From Octopus bimaculoides (Eukaryota), in assembly GCF_001194135.2 (NCBI RefSeq), contig NC_068985.1, positions 45,839,667 to 45,874,932 of the forward strand: a DNA stretch of 35,266 nt. Reading direction: 5' to 3'. Position 1 is the first letter of the stretch. Each line of letters starts with the position of its first letter. Below are positions 11,859-23,755 of this stretch, one piece after another. Below the pieces are notes generated by a model that did not search any database, was not told the origin of the DNA, and was given only the letters and a program-made list of their open reading frames with translations. A program made the position numbers and the translations under genes.

Positions 11859-12184
11859 NNNNNNNNNNNNNNNNNNNNNNNNNNNNNNNNNNNNNNNNNN
11901 NNNNNNNNNNNNNNNNNNNNNNNNNNNNNNNNNNNNNNNNNNNNNNNNNNNNNNNNNNNNNNNNNNNNNNNNNNNNNNNNNNNNNNNNNNNNNNNNNNNN
12001 NNNNNNNNNNNNNNNNNNNNNNNNNNNNNNNNNNNNNNNNNNNNNNNNNNNNNNNNNNNNNNNNNNNNNNNNNNNNNNNNNNNNNNNNNNNNNNNNNNNN
12101 NNNNNNNNNNNNNNNNNNNNNNNNNNNNNNNNNNNNNNNNNNNNNNNNNNNNNNNNNNNNNNNNNNNNNNNNNNNNNNNNNNNN

Positions 12185-12230
<46 letters not shown>

Positions 12231-12235
12231 GATTA

Positions 12236-12410
12236 ATCGCTGACCAAAACATTCAATTTTTTTTCTCCTTGTTTTTCTCCTTATTCTTTCTGTTGAAGAG
12301 CGTAGCTCGAAACGTTAAAGACTTTCTGTATTCCCGAGCGTTAAACTAATACATCCTTTTGTTGTCTACACCACATGTCCTCGTCTGTTGCTGTTTTTTT
12401 TGTAAATTCT

Positions 12411-12412
<2 letters not shown>
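12236..12412 (+). mobile_element. Penelope-like pseudo-LTR fragment containing a hammerhead-like motif
   Basis: TCTTT-CTGTTGAA-GAGC-GTA-GCTC-GAAAC-GTT-AAAGA at 12285-12321, between (CA/TA)n tracts. The TGAAGA..CGAAACGT signature is typical of PLE terminal repeats. The family call is inference. Confidence 0.45.
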
Positions 12413-12445
<33 letters not shown>

Positions 12446-13234
12446 CATTTGTTGTAATGCGATTTACAACGCGTGGGGTTCCACTTCTTGAACGTCAAAG
12501 CCTACATTGTCAGGTTTAGTACCTCTTATCACTGTCAGGACATAAGCGCACATATACGCTCAACACATATTTATATACACGCATACATGAGTGTATAGAA
12601 ATGAGTGTGTGTATGTGTGTGCTTGTGCGTGTTGTTTATGTTCGTGTTTATCTGTGAATGTAAATACAACTGGCAGGGCAAGATGAGAAAGAAAATGATT
12701 CAATCAACACACAACATTGTTATAGTCCAGCTGGCAGGTTCGGGTTAATCTATTGACAATGGAGCTCAATCTATTCAGAAAACACCTCCACACACACAAA
12801 CATACACACACACGCACGCACGCACGCACGCGCGCCCATGCACGTACGCGAGCCCACGCACACACACACGCGCACATGTGAGAAAGGGAGAGAGAGAGAG
12901 AGTATGTGTGAGTGTGTTTATTTCTAATTTTGTATATGCATATATATATTTGTATTGATATAATATATCGTCAGTATTTCATATATCCGATATAAGAGCG
13001 CACTCTAAACCATTACACACACACACAAATACACACACACACACACATTATGCGTCACGATGACTGCGTATGAATGTGCGTGTGTATTTATATATGTGAG
13101 CATAAGTGTGTAAAATTAGCGACTTCCAGTAAAATGTGAATATACAGAAGCGTCATAAAACTACTCTTACTACGAATACTGCTGATGGGGGATGGGGTGA
13201 GTATTATGCTTATGACGATGGTGATGGTGGTGGC

Positions 13235-13298
<64 letters not shown>

Positions 13299-13903
13299 GT
13301 GATGGCAGTAAATCAATAAGGAGGAGAAAGTAAATGGAATTAAATATTCGAAATGCAAATAGAAAACCCGAAATAAGAAGGGAGAACCCTTCTGAACATG
13401 TGTTTTATAACAAAGTGACACGGTGGTGGTGGTGGGTGGAGTGACTGATGGGTGTTGTCGTTGCTTAGCCCCGGGGCAAAACCCCCATCAAGCAGCTATT
13501 TATGATTAATGGTTTTCCGATCGTGACCATCCCACCTTTTGTTTTTATTTGCCTATGTGTAAGGGAAACACGGACTCCTGTAATTCAACGTATTCTTTTT
13601 ATATTTCTAAAACAGTTAAAAGGCGCTCCAACCTTTACCAACCAGTTTTATTTTCAGACGTAGTATAATGAGGACTGCAGTTGTTGCAATCTTTGTTTAA
13701 CGCAGCAATGTACGAGTTCAGATAGATTTGGTCGTTAATTCTAGCAGGTCGAGCGACCAATTAAGGGTTTCCACTCGATATCGTAAAAGCATGATTGCTA
13801 TGTAGTGTGGTACAAATAAAAGAGCGATAGGGGATGCACAATAAGTATTGTTGTTAAAACACATCTAGAAAGGTAGAAAAAAATTGTGTGTGTGTGTGGT
13901 TGC

Positions 13904-14033
13904 GGTTACTTTTCCTTTTATCCTTTCGGGATCGATAAATTAAGTACCAGTTGTATGCTGGGATCGATCTAATCAACTGACTTCCCCTCCCCCAAAATTT
14001 CGGGCCTTGTGTCTAGAGTAGAAAAGAATATTG
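13904..14033 (+). mobile_element. SINE family A, 5'-truncated copy
   Basis: ATCCTTTCGGGATCGATAAATTAAGTACCAG..CCCCAAAATTTCGGGCCTTGTG..GTAGAAAAGAATATT. The HINE starts within its ATT-like tail. Confidence 0.82.
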
Positions 14034-14622
14034 TTATTACCTCCGCCTCAGCGAAGGCGGAGATATTGTTTTCAGTCATGTCTGTTTGTTTGTTTGTCCG
14101 TGGACAAGATATCTCAAGAACTGCTGGATGGATTCGGACGAAACTTTCAGAGATGTTTCGTCTTGTGATTGGCAAGAACTGATTAGATTTGGGGATCGAT
14201 CCGTACCCGACAAGGATTTCGGATTATTTGTTATATTTACTTTGCTTTACATGATTACTATCTTACGTTTACTTTCAAGTCCTTCTCAGTTACCCCCCTT
14301 TAGGTTGTAACTGTTTTGAATGTTGAATTTGTTAACTTTGGCTTGTATTTGATAAGAATGAACTGTAAATTTTCTACAGCCACCTTCACATTCCATGACT
14401 ACCACTGAGATCGATCATGTGCCGGACAAGGATTCTGGATTATTTTTCCTGTTTCTTTTTTACTTAATTCTTGGGAGCGGTCGGGTTTATTCTTAGTATT
14501 CTCGTTTGTGAGAGCAGTCGAGTTTATTTCAGGTATTCTCATTTTAACAATCATCTCCGGCTAATCATTGAGAGGACGTTGGTGTTGCCTTGTCGGAGGT
14601 TTGCGCTCTCTGAGTGCTCTTG
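14034..14622 (+). mobile_element. Non-autonomous Helentron-type element (HINE / DINE-1-like)
   Basis: 5' TTATTACCTCCGCC with hairpin CTCCGCCT-cagcga-AGGCGGAG; (GTTT)n tract near the 5' end; 3' subterminal inverted match TGTCGGAGGT (14591-14600) followed by short hairpin GCGCTC-tct-GAGTGC; T-rich junctions with no TSD. Confidence 0.75.
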
Positions 14623-14631
14623 TTATTATTA

Positions 14632-14853
14632 AGGTGGCGAAGGCAACGAAGTAGGGAAGTTGACAGAATCGTTAGCACTCTGGGCATAATGCTTAGCGGT
14701 ATTTCGTCTGTCTTTACGTTCTGGGTTCAAATTCCGCCAAGGTCGACTTTGCCTTTCATCCTTTCGGAGTCGATAAATTAAGTACCAGTTGTGTACTGAG
14801 GTCGATCTAATCGACTGCACCACTCTTCTCTGAAAATTTCAGAAAGGATTATT
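14632..14853 (+). mobile_element. SINE family A copy (about 18-bp insertion in head)
   Basis: GGTGGCGA[..]GTTGACAGAATCGTTAGC..GGGTTCAAATTCCGCC..GGTCGACTTTGCCTTTCATCCTTTCGG..AAAGGATTATT. Confidence 0.88.
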
Positions 14854-14864
14854 GTAGACAACAT

Positions 14865-14991
14865 GTTGGCAGAATCGTTAGCATGCCGGGAAAACTGCTT
14901 AGCGACATTTTGTCTGTCTTTATGTTAAGCGTTCAAATTCTGCTGAGGTTGACTTTGCCTTTCATCCTTGTGCGGTCGATAAAATAAGCAC
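14865..14991 (+). mobile_element. SINE family A, 3'-truncated copy
   Basis: TTGGCAGAATCGTTAGC..GTTCAAATTC..GGTTGACTTTGCCTTTCATCC..GTCGATAAAATAAG. Confidence 0.85.
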
Positions 14992-15249
14992 GTGAGTGTG
15001 CGTGTGTGTGTGTGTGAAAGAGAGATAGTGTGTGTGTGTGTGATAGAGAGAGACAGAGAGTGTGCGTTCGTGTATATGTGCTTGTGTGTGTCCATACGCG
15101 TGAGTGTATCTGTGTGTCTGTGTGTATAGGTAAATACATGTATTTGAACGTGTGTGTTAATGTCAGTCAGCAATGGGACAATGTAAAATATGTGTGTGTA
15201 TTTGTATTATCACTTTATGAATAAACGTGTTTATGTTATTTAACGTATA

Positions 15250-16260
<1,011 letters not shown>

Positions 16261-16846
16261 AAGTACGCATCTGTATGCGTGTTAATATTGAAAGAAGGAA
16301 TGCCATCAGCAGAATTGTAAACCGTGTAGAGAGAAATGGAACATATTTCAAAGAAGCAGACGACAGCTAAGTATTTATGTTAGTTTCGACAGTGATAGCT
16401 ACAGTAAGTACAACAACAATATAAACAACAACTATAATTTGCGGTTACAACAACAAAAGCTACAAACGGACTGTCACAGAAGGAATGGACCATCTGCGTG
16501 GACACTCATCCAGGTAGAAATAACAGACGAATATTACTGAAACTATACAGTGCCGTGTCGAAAAGAAGGAAGTACGCAGTGGATAATGTAGATGTTAACA
16601 TGAATACACTAGGTATGAATAAATGTTGGGACGGGCATAATTGGAAAGTTTTTGATTACAGGTATGGTTATGAGAGCTGATCGTGTGGTGTATGACAACA
16701 GCAACCACAAAGCTGTTACAAAACAATAACACGAACAAATAGTGAGCCAGTTACAGCTACAATAACATTGACAATAACAGCAGTAATAACAAATACAAGA
16801 GCACCAATAACAACTGCTACAATGCAATAATAATAATAATAATAAT

Positions 16847-17050
16847 GGTTTCAAATTTTGGCACAAGGCCAGCAATTTCAGGGGAGGGTTTAAGTCAGTT
16901 ACATCGAACCCAGTGCTCGACTGGTACTTATTTTATCGACCTCGAAAAGATGAAAGGCAAAGTTAACCTCAGCGGAATTTGAACTCAGAATATAAAGACA
17001 GACGAAATGTCACAAATCATTTTTTCCGGCGTGCTAATGATTCTGCTAGT
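16847..17050 (-). mobile_element. SINE family A copy
   Basis: Reverse complement matches the 14632 and 33781 copies; tail GCTGGCCTTGTGCCAAAATTTGAAACC then (ATT)n in SINE sense. Confidence 0.88.
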
Positions 17051-17064
17051 AACATTGATATTGA

Positions 17065-17277
17065 TTCCAAATTTTGGCACAAAGACCATCAAGTTCGTGG
17101 AGAGGGGCTTAGTCCATTACATCGACCCCAGTGCGTAAGTGGTACTTATTTTATCGAACCCAAAAGGATGAAAGGCAAAGTCGACTTCGGCGGAATTTGA
17201 ACTCAGAACGTAAAGACGGACGAAATACCGCTTAGTATTTTGCCCGGCGGGCTAACGATTCTGCCAGCTTGCCCCCT
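17065..17277 (-). mobile_element. SINE family A copy, tandem with the previous one
   Basis: Near full-length head, B box and central domain; the tail ends CTTTGTGCCAAAATTTGGAA in SINE sense. Confidence 0.88.
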
Positions 17278-17289
17278 CAATAATAATAG

Positions 17290-17825
17290 CTCTGGAAATC
17301 ACGGCCTACAAAGAGCAAGGACGTGGTATGAGCAAACTCCAGATGAAGTCACTGAAAATGAGAATTGCAACATCCTGTGAGATGCAATGATCCAGTGCGA
17401 TCACCCGACCAGACAACGGAAACCGGACATTGTTGTGGTGAATAAAAGAGAAAGAACATGTATAATAATCGACATAGCATGCTCCAGTGACAACAGGATC
17501 GAAGAGAAAGAAGAAGAAAAAATAAACAACTATGACGATTTGAAGTGGAAAATACGAAGCTTGTAGTCAATGAAGAGAATAGACGTGATACCGATAGTAA
17601 ATGGTGCACTTGGAAGTATTAACACTCAACTACCAGCATGGCTAAAAAAGATCGGTGCAAGTATGAAGGTAGAACACCTACAGAAATCAGCATTGCTTGG
17701 AGCTGCAAGAATTCTTTGCGGGTTTCTTGAAGCATGACCAGTAAACAAGTGTCACTTTAGTCTGCTGGCTGTGGGCAGCTGACACTTTCCATCATATCCA
17801 GCAAAATATGCTGTGAGTTTTCATA
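17290..17825 (+). mobile_element. R4/Dong-clade retrotransposon, third family, 5'-truncated 3' end
   Basis: HGLQRARTWYEQTPDEVTENENCNIL*DAMIQCDH..RKPDIVVVNKRERTCIIIDIAC..EKINNYDDLKW..VIPIVNGALG..LQKSALLGAARIL..* (stop 17735-17737). AAT repeats lie on both sides. Confidence 0.9.
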
Positions 17826-17837
17826 TAATAATAATAA

Positions 17838-18027
17838 TAAAAGATGAGCTACAGCAAATATTCTGCTCAATACCACAGATTTGCTTGTCAGTTGTTTGAC
17901 CTTAACCAGTTGAGCATGTCGCTTGGTGGCTGACGATATGTGCATCTNNNNNNNNNNTGATGGGTATAATGGGCTTTGTATATTTTACCCCAGTCTCACT
18001 TTGATGGCATGCACTGCTCTCTCACTC
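17838..18027. mobile_element. Element B, copy 2 (left-truncated, interrupted by a 10-N gap)
   Basis: AAAGATGAGCTACAGCAAATATTCTGCTCAATACCACAG...GCTCTCTCACTC|AATAAT. Same right end as copy 1; lies between two AAT tracts. Confidence 0.75.
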
Positions 18028-18042
18028 AATAATAATAATAAT

Positions 18043-18233
18043 CCTTTCTACTAAAGGCACAAGGTCTGAAATTTTGTGGGAGGGGACTAGTTGATTACAC
18101 TGGGACTTAATTTATCGACCCTGAAAGGATGAAAAGCAAAGTCGACCACGGCGGAATTTGAACTCAGAACGTAAACTCGGACGAAATGCCGCTAAACATT
18201 TGCCTGGTGTGCTAACGATTCTGCCACCTCACT
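18043..18233 (-). mobile_element. SINE family A copy
   Basis: Head, B box and central domain; tail CCTTGTGCCTTTAGTAGAAAGG-(ATT)n is shared tail-to-tail with element B. Confidence 0.88.
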
Positions 18234-18248
18234 TTCTTTTTGAAATAA

Positions 18249-18787
18249 TTCTTTCTACTATAGGCTCGAGGCCTAAAACTTTCTATCGAGGTGGGGGCTT
18301 GTCAATTACATTGGCCTCAATGTTCAACTGGTACTTATAGTATCGACCCCGAAAGGATGAAACGTAACGTCGACCTCGGCGGAATTTGAACTAAGAACGT
18401 ATAAACCAAGGCTGGCCAACCTGGGGTCCGCTTGATACTTTCTTGAAATGGTTTTATTTAAACAAACATTTAAAAAAAATTATTAAAAATTAAAAATTTC
18501 AATAAAAAGTAAAAAGGAAAGATACTACTGTTTTTGCAACAATAATTGCAAAAACATGTTCAATCAAAAAGCATGTTCAATCAACGATCATTCATTCATT
18601 ATTGTGATAATAGCATGAGAAAGCAAAATGCTTTCAATTCTGTCAGTATATAAGCGGCCCTCAAAAAAACCTTTCTGTGATTAAAGTAGCTCGCAATGTA
18701 ATTTGAGTTGGTCAGGCCTAGTATAGACGAACGAAATGCTGCTACGCATCTTCTCCAGCGCCCCAGCTCGATTTTGCCAGCTCGCCG
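18249..18787 (-). mobile_element. SINE family A copy split by the hAT MITE
   Basis: Body and tail at 18249-18406; head at 18721-18787 (..TTTTGCCAGCTCGCC). Confidence 0.82.
18407..18720. mobile_element. Non-autonomous hAT (Charlie-like) MITE, 314 bp, inserted in a SINE
   Basis: Ends CAAGGCTGGCCAAC / GTTGGTCAGGCCTA (10/14 inverted match). 8-bp TSD GTATAAAC (18399-18406) / GTATAGAC (18721-18728). Subterminal GCGGCCC motif. Removing it restores a contiguous SINE. Confidence 0.8.
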
Positions 18788-18852
18788 GCTCAAGACCAAC
18801 AATAATAAATGCAATACAACAATAATAAACATTACAGTAACAATTACATCAA

Positions 18853-19229
18853 TTGTTGTTGGCACTCCGTCGCTTACGACGTCGAGGGTTCCCGTTGATC
18901 CGATCAACAGAACAGCCTGCTCGTGAAATTAACGTGCAAGTGGCTGAGCACTCCACAGACACGTGTACCCTTAACGTAGTTCTCGGGGATATTCAGCGTG
19001 ACACGGCTGACCCTTTGAATTACAAGCACAACAGAAACAGGAAGAAAGAGTGAGAGAAAGTTGTGGTGAAAGAGTACAGCAGGGTTCGCCACCATCCCCT
19101 GCCGGGGCCTCGTGGAGCTTTTAGGTGTTTTCGCTCAATAAACCCTCACAACGCCCGGTCTGGGAATCGAAGCCGCGATCCTATGACCGCGAGTCCGCTG
19201 CCCTAACCACTGGGCCATTGCGCCTCCAC
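18853..19229 (-). mobile_element. tRNA-derived SINE family D, apparently full length (~377 bp)
   Basis: Sense head GTGGAGGCGCAATGGCCCAGTGGTTAGGGC..GGCTTCGATTCCCAGACCGGGCG (A and B boxes, similar to the family C head), an unrelated body, and a tail ending GGAGTGCCAACAACAA. Confidence 0.78.
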
Positions 19230-19915
19230 TGCAATTACGTCAATAACGGCTACAATAACTACAAAAACAACGGCGAAAACAGTAAGAGATACAACGATAA
19301 CAATAACTACAACAGTAACAAATTGAATAACAACAACAACAACAATAGCAAAACTATGACAACGTCATCGTTACGTACAAGTGCAAAACTATAATGACGC
19401 CATTAACATTATGTACAATGACAACAACAACAATAACAACAACAGCCGCAAAAACAACAATAATAGCAAAACTATAACAACGTCATCGTTACATATAACA
19501 AGAGCATAACTGAAACGACGCCACAGCATTATATATAATAGCAACTACAAAAACAACAACAACAACAACAGCAACAACAACAATAACAACAACAACAGCA
19601 GCAACAACAGCAACAACAACAAAAAGTACAATAGCAAAACTAACAACAACAAAAACATCTAGAAATAANNNNNNNNNNCCACAGCATTATATATAATAGC
19701 AACTACAAAAACAACAACAACAACAACAGCAACAACAACAATAACAACAACAACAGCAGCAACAACAGCAACAACAACAAAAAGTACAATAGCAAAACTA
19801 ACAACAACAAAAACATCTAGAAATAATTATGCTTCAACAACAAAAACAATAAAAACAGCTGCATGACATATATATATACAACAACAACAACAACAACAAA
19901 AGAATTCTCGACACC

Positions 19916-19947
<32 letters not shown>

Positions 19948-19950
19948 CAG
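19230..19950. repeat. (AAC)-based low-complexity region
   Basis: Read directly; includes a block duplicated across a 10-N gap. Confidence 0.9.
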
Positions 19951-20534
19951 CAAGTTCTCCTCCGCCCCTCTTTTTTTACCGTTGCTTCCCCTTAATTGTT
20001 TGTTCACAGACCGTAGCCAGTAGGCATTGCGCATGTCTTCCCATGGTGCAATTCACTGGAATTACCTCTGGTTACAGAATTTCTTACCAAATAGATTTTG
20101 GGTTCGTTAACATACAACAACGATTCTTCATTGATGCAGAAATGGAGGGAAGGGGGTAAAAGAAGGTGGAGGGGGTTTCATACATACACACACGCACATA
20201 GATGCACACACACACACACACATACATAGACACACACATACACACACATAGACGCACACACATAAACACACACACACAGACATCTACACACATAGACATA
20301 CATAGACACACACACACACATAAACACATACGCATACACGCGCACACACATCTCCTCCTTCTACACACATACATACACACTTCTATTCTCGCACACTCAT
20401 TCAGCTACAAATACACACACACATACATACACACAGGCAAATACATATACATAGTCCCTCTCACACACAAATTATCGTTTATTTATACACACAGACACTT
20501 TCTCTCGCATACACTCTCACTCAGTCCACTCTTA

Positions 20535-20566
<32 letters not shown>

Positions 20567-21469
20567 GACACATTCACATTCATACACATACACGCAAACT
20601 CTCTATTTCTCTTCCAAATCCCAGTACTCCAGCACTGCAACCACCACCACCACCACCACCATCNNNNNNNNNNNNNNNNNNNNNNNNNNNNNNNNNNNNN
20701 NNNNNNNNNNNNNNNNNNNNNNNNNNNNNNNNNNNNNNNNNNNNNNNNNNNNNNNNNNNNNNNNNNNNNNNNNNNNNNNNNNNNNNNNNNNNNNNNNNNN
20801 NNNNNNNNNNNNNNNNNNNNNNNNNNNNNNNNNNNNNNNNNNNNNNNNNNNNNNNNNNNNNNNNNNNNNNNNNNNNNNNNNNNNNNNNNNNNNNNNNNNN
20901 NNNNNNNNNNNNNNNNNNNNNNNNNNNNNNNNNNNNNNNNNNNNNNNNNNNNNNNNNNNNNNNNNNNNNNNNNNNNNNNNNNNNNNNNNNNNNNNNNNNN
21001 NNNNNNNNNNNNNNNNNNNNNNNNNNNNNNNNNNNNNNNNNNNNNNNNNNNNNNNNNNNNNNNNNNNNNNNNNNNNNNNNNNNNNNNNNNNNNNNNNNNN
21101 NNNNNNNNNNNNNNNNNNNNNNNNNNNNNNNNNNNNNNNNNNNNNNNNNNNNNNNNNNNNNNNNNNNNNNNNNNNNNNNNNNNNNNNNNNNNNNNNNNNN
21201 NNNNNNNNNNNNNNNNNNNNNNNNNNNNNNNNNNNNNNNNNNNNNNNNNNNNNNNNNNNNNNNNNNNNNNNNNNNNNNNNNNNNNNNNNNNNNNNNNNNN
21301 NNNNNNNNNNNNNNNNNNNNNNNNNNNNNNTATTCATTAGTCACCCGCTGTCCTATGAATAACATTAGCAATCAGAAGTCCTGTGAATAAGGCATTCTTT
21401 CAATCATTCTTTCAAACCTAGAAGACCTGTGAATAGGTCATTAGTAACAAGAAGATAAGAGTAAAAAAT

Positions 21470-21696
21470 GGCGGTGAGCTGGCAGAAAAGCTAGCACGCC
21501 GGGCGAAATGCTTGGCGGTATTTCGTCTGCCGTTACGTTCTGAGTTCAAATTCCGCCGAGGTCGACTTAGCCTTTCATCCTTTCGAAGTCGATAAATTAA
21601 GTACCAGTTACGCACCAGTAATCGACTTAATCCCTTTATCTGTCCTTGTTTGTCCCCTCTATGTTTAGCCCCTTGTGGGCAATAAAGAAATAAGAA
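21470..21696 (+). mobile_element. SINE family A, near full-length copy with alternative tail
   Basis: GGCGGTGAGCTGGCAGAA..GAGTTCAAATTCCGCCGAGGTCGAC..TAAGTACCAG; tail CCCTTTATCTGTCCTTGTTTGTCCCCTCTATGTTTAGCCCCTTGTGGGCAATAAAGAAATAAG. Confidence 0.92.
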
Positions 21697-21924
21697 CACA
21701 CGCATTCACACATACGTACACCAACACATGCACAATAACACGCATACGCAGAAACACATACACACGCACGCATGCATATTCTTTTATATCCGTATATAGT
21801 TCAAAATCTCTTGTCCATTTACCACCCATTAAGATATGTATATATGCATGTCTGTCTGTCTGTCTGTATGTATGTATGTACGTACGTATGTATGTATGTT
21901 ATTACGTATGTTTGTATGTCCATA

Positions 21925-21960
<36 letters not shown>

Positions 21961-22484
21961 CGCCTTCATGTATTCGTGTAGGTACTACGTATGCATGGAT
22001 GGATCTCTGTCTGCATGTCTGTATGTCTGCGCTTTTCTATAATTGAATATATATATATGTGTGTGTGCATGTGCATGTGTGTGTGTGCGCGCGCACACGC
22101 GTGTGTGCGTGTATGTATGTATTCTTTAAAGGAATTCCGTGTTTTGGAAATATGACTAACTCAAATCCAGCAGCTTACCATTCGACCATCCGTTTTCTCA
22201 ACTTACAAATCGTCCAATATAATGTCACAACACTACTAATACCCCTGTCCACATAATATAAACAAGGTTTACCATAAATAAATGAACAGATTATTTGATA
22301 AAACATCAAATAGTCCTTCGAAAGATAGTCTAAGCTGTTCGAATTCAGATCTACGTGTATACATTCTTCTTCAGAAGCTGTCTCCAACCATTCATAACTT
22401 ATCTGGTCTTTGTCCATATTTAGAATGTTGCTTCCTGTTTGTATTTGAAAGCTTCACGAAAGTTGTAGAACATGTTTAGCAATA

Positions 22485-22782
22485 GACGAAGGCGTGGTTG
22501 TGTGGTAAGATGCTTACTTCTCAACCAAATGGTTCCGGGTTCAGTCCCACGGCGTGCATGGCATTTTAGGCAACTGCTTTCTGCTGTAGCCTCGGGCAGA
22601 CCAAAGCACTTGTGAGCGGGCTTAGTAGAGGGAAACTGTGTGGTGAAAAGCTTGTTTTCCTACCATATAGTTTCGGGTTTAGTCCTCCTGCGTGATACCT
22701 TGGGCAAGTGTCTTCTACTAAGCCTCGGGCTGACCAAAGCCTTGTGATTGGATTTGGTAGACGGAAACTGAAAGAAGCCCGT
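22485..22782 (+). mobile_element. Tandem dimer of tRNA/CORE-type SINE 5' halves (probably the octopus OR-type CORE-SINE)
   Basis: Two units (22485-22638, 22636-22782), each with an A-box-like TGTGTGGT, a B-box-like GGGTTCAGTCC, CORE-like ACCTTGGGCAAGTGTCTTCT (degenerate in unit 1) and GCCTCGGGC.GACCAAAGC..GGAAACTG. Confidence 0.75.
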
Positions 22783-23504
22783 ATGTGAGATGTATTTTAA
22801 AACTAAAACTAAGCTATAATTATATTATTCAGTCCGTTTACCAAAAATATGAATCAGATAAAAGAACGGTCTCTTTAGGACACTTAAAAACATCACGCTC
22901 ACTTATAGCAAAGGCAATCACATAAACGAGCAATTTATTCAGGCTTTGGGCATGACAAAACTTAAATTTGCGCTTTTTTGCCATCACTTGTTGCCTCTTT
23001 ATTTTAGTTTTATAATTTTATTGTTTGATTCATTATACAAAAGACATAATGAAAATAAAAAGAATAGTATCCCTTAGAATTGACCCGCCAACACTAAACG
23101 CAGTCGCATTAACGACAAACGCAGTCACACCGCTATAACCATCCATGCATTATTCATTAATGAACATTTGACTGCTTTTGTTTGTGTCATATTTTAGCCA
23201 TGTTCAAGTGTTTTTGTTCAAAGATTATTGGCAAAATAACGAAGGCTTAATGACAAAAAAATTTCCCGATTGTCATTCTATTTCCGGTTGGGCGCCATTA
23301 CAGTTTGTGTTACTAATGTCGCTAATGTTTCCATACTGCAATACTAGTAGCTTGCTCCCATTATGCCCATTCTGAGATGCAGTTTCGATTTTCTATGCTA
23401 ACCATTTTCACATTAATGAAATCGCTAATATCCGATCGCCATAATGTTTGTAGTGATTTCCCTTACATACTGGCTCGATTTCGGTTGTTCCGTTCTACAT
23501 AGCA

Positions 23505-23755
23505 GTAGAGGCGCTTGGCTTAATGGTTGGGTTGTTGAACTCAGGATTGTAAGATTGAGGTTTCGATTCTTGGACTTTGCAATGTGTTGTGCTCTTGAAC
23601 AAAACATTTCATTTCACGTTGCACTACTCCACTCAACGAGCAAAAATGAGTAATCCTGCGACAGACCTGCGTCCTGTCCAGGTGGGAATATATACGCCAT
23701 GAAACCAGGAAACCCGCCGTTATAAGTCGACATGAGTCGGGAGGTAGCTTTTTAG
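23505..23755 (+). mobile_element. SINE family C copy
   Basis: GAGGCGCTTGGCTTAATGGTT..GGTTTCGATTC..CTCTTGAACAAAACATTTCATTTCACGTTGC..AAAAATGAGTAA..GTCCAGGTGGGA. Confidence 0.85.

Noticed and set aside
13450-13800. Possible further interspersed repeat remnants
   Set aside because: They look familiar, but there is no second copy in the window and no diagnostic motif.
16440-16690. Several good donor sites (AG|GTATGA, AG|GTATGG) and a 60-aa ORF
   Set aside because: No convincing upstream acceptor and no recognisable peptide.
16846-18233. Regularly recurring ~200-bp units suggesting a CRISPR-like or tandem array
   Set aside because: The units are independently diverged SINE copies. There is no short repeat-spacer structure and the DNA is eukaryotic.
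19521-19826. Exact 148-bp direct duplication (19521-19668 and 19679-19826)
   Set aside because: The copies are identical and sit on either side of a 10-N gap, the classic signature of unmerged overlapping contig ends.
21470-21560. tRNA genes (also at 11024, 19229, 22485, 33781)
   Set aside because: A/B boxes are present, but each continues into SINE body sequence and lacks a canonical anticodon arm.
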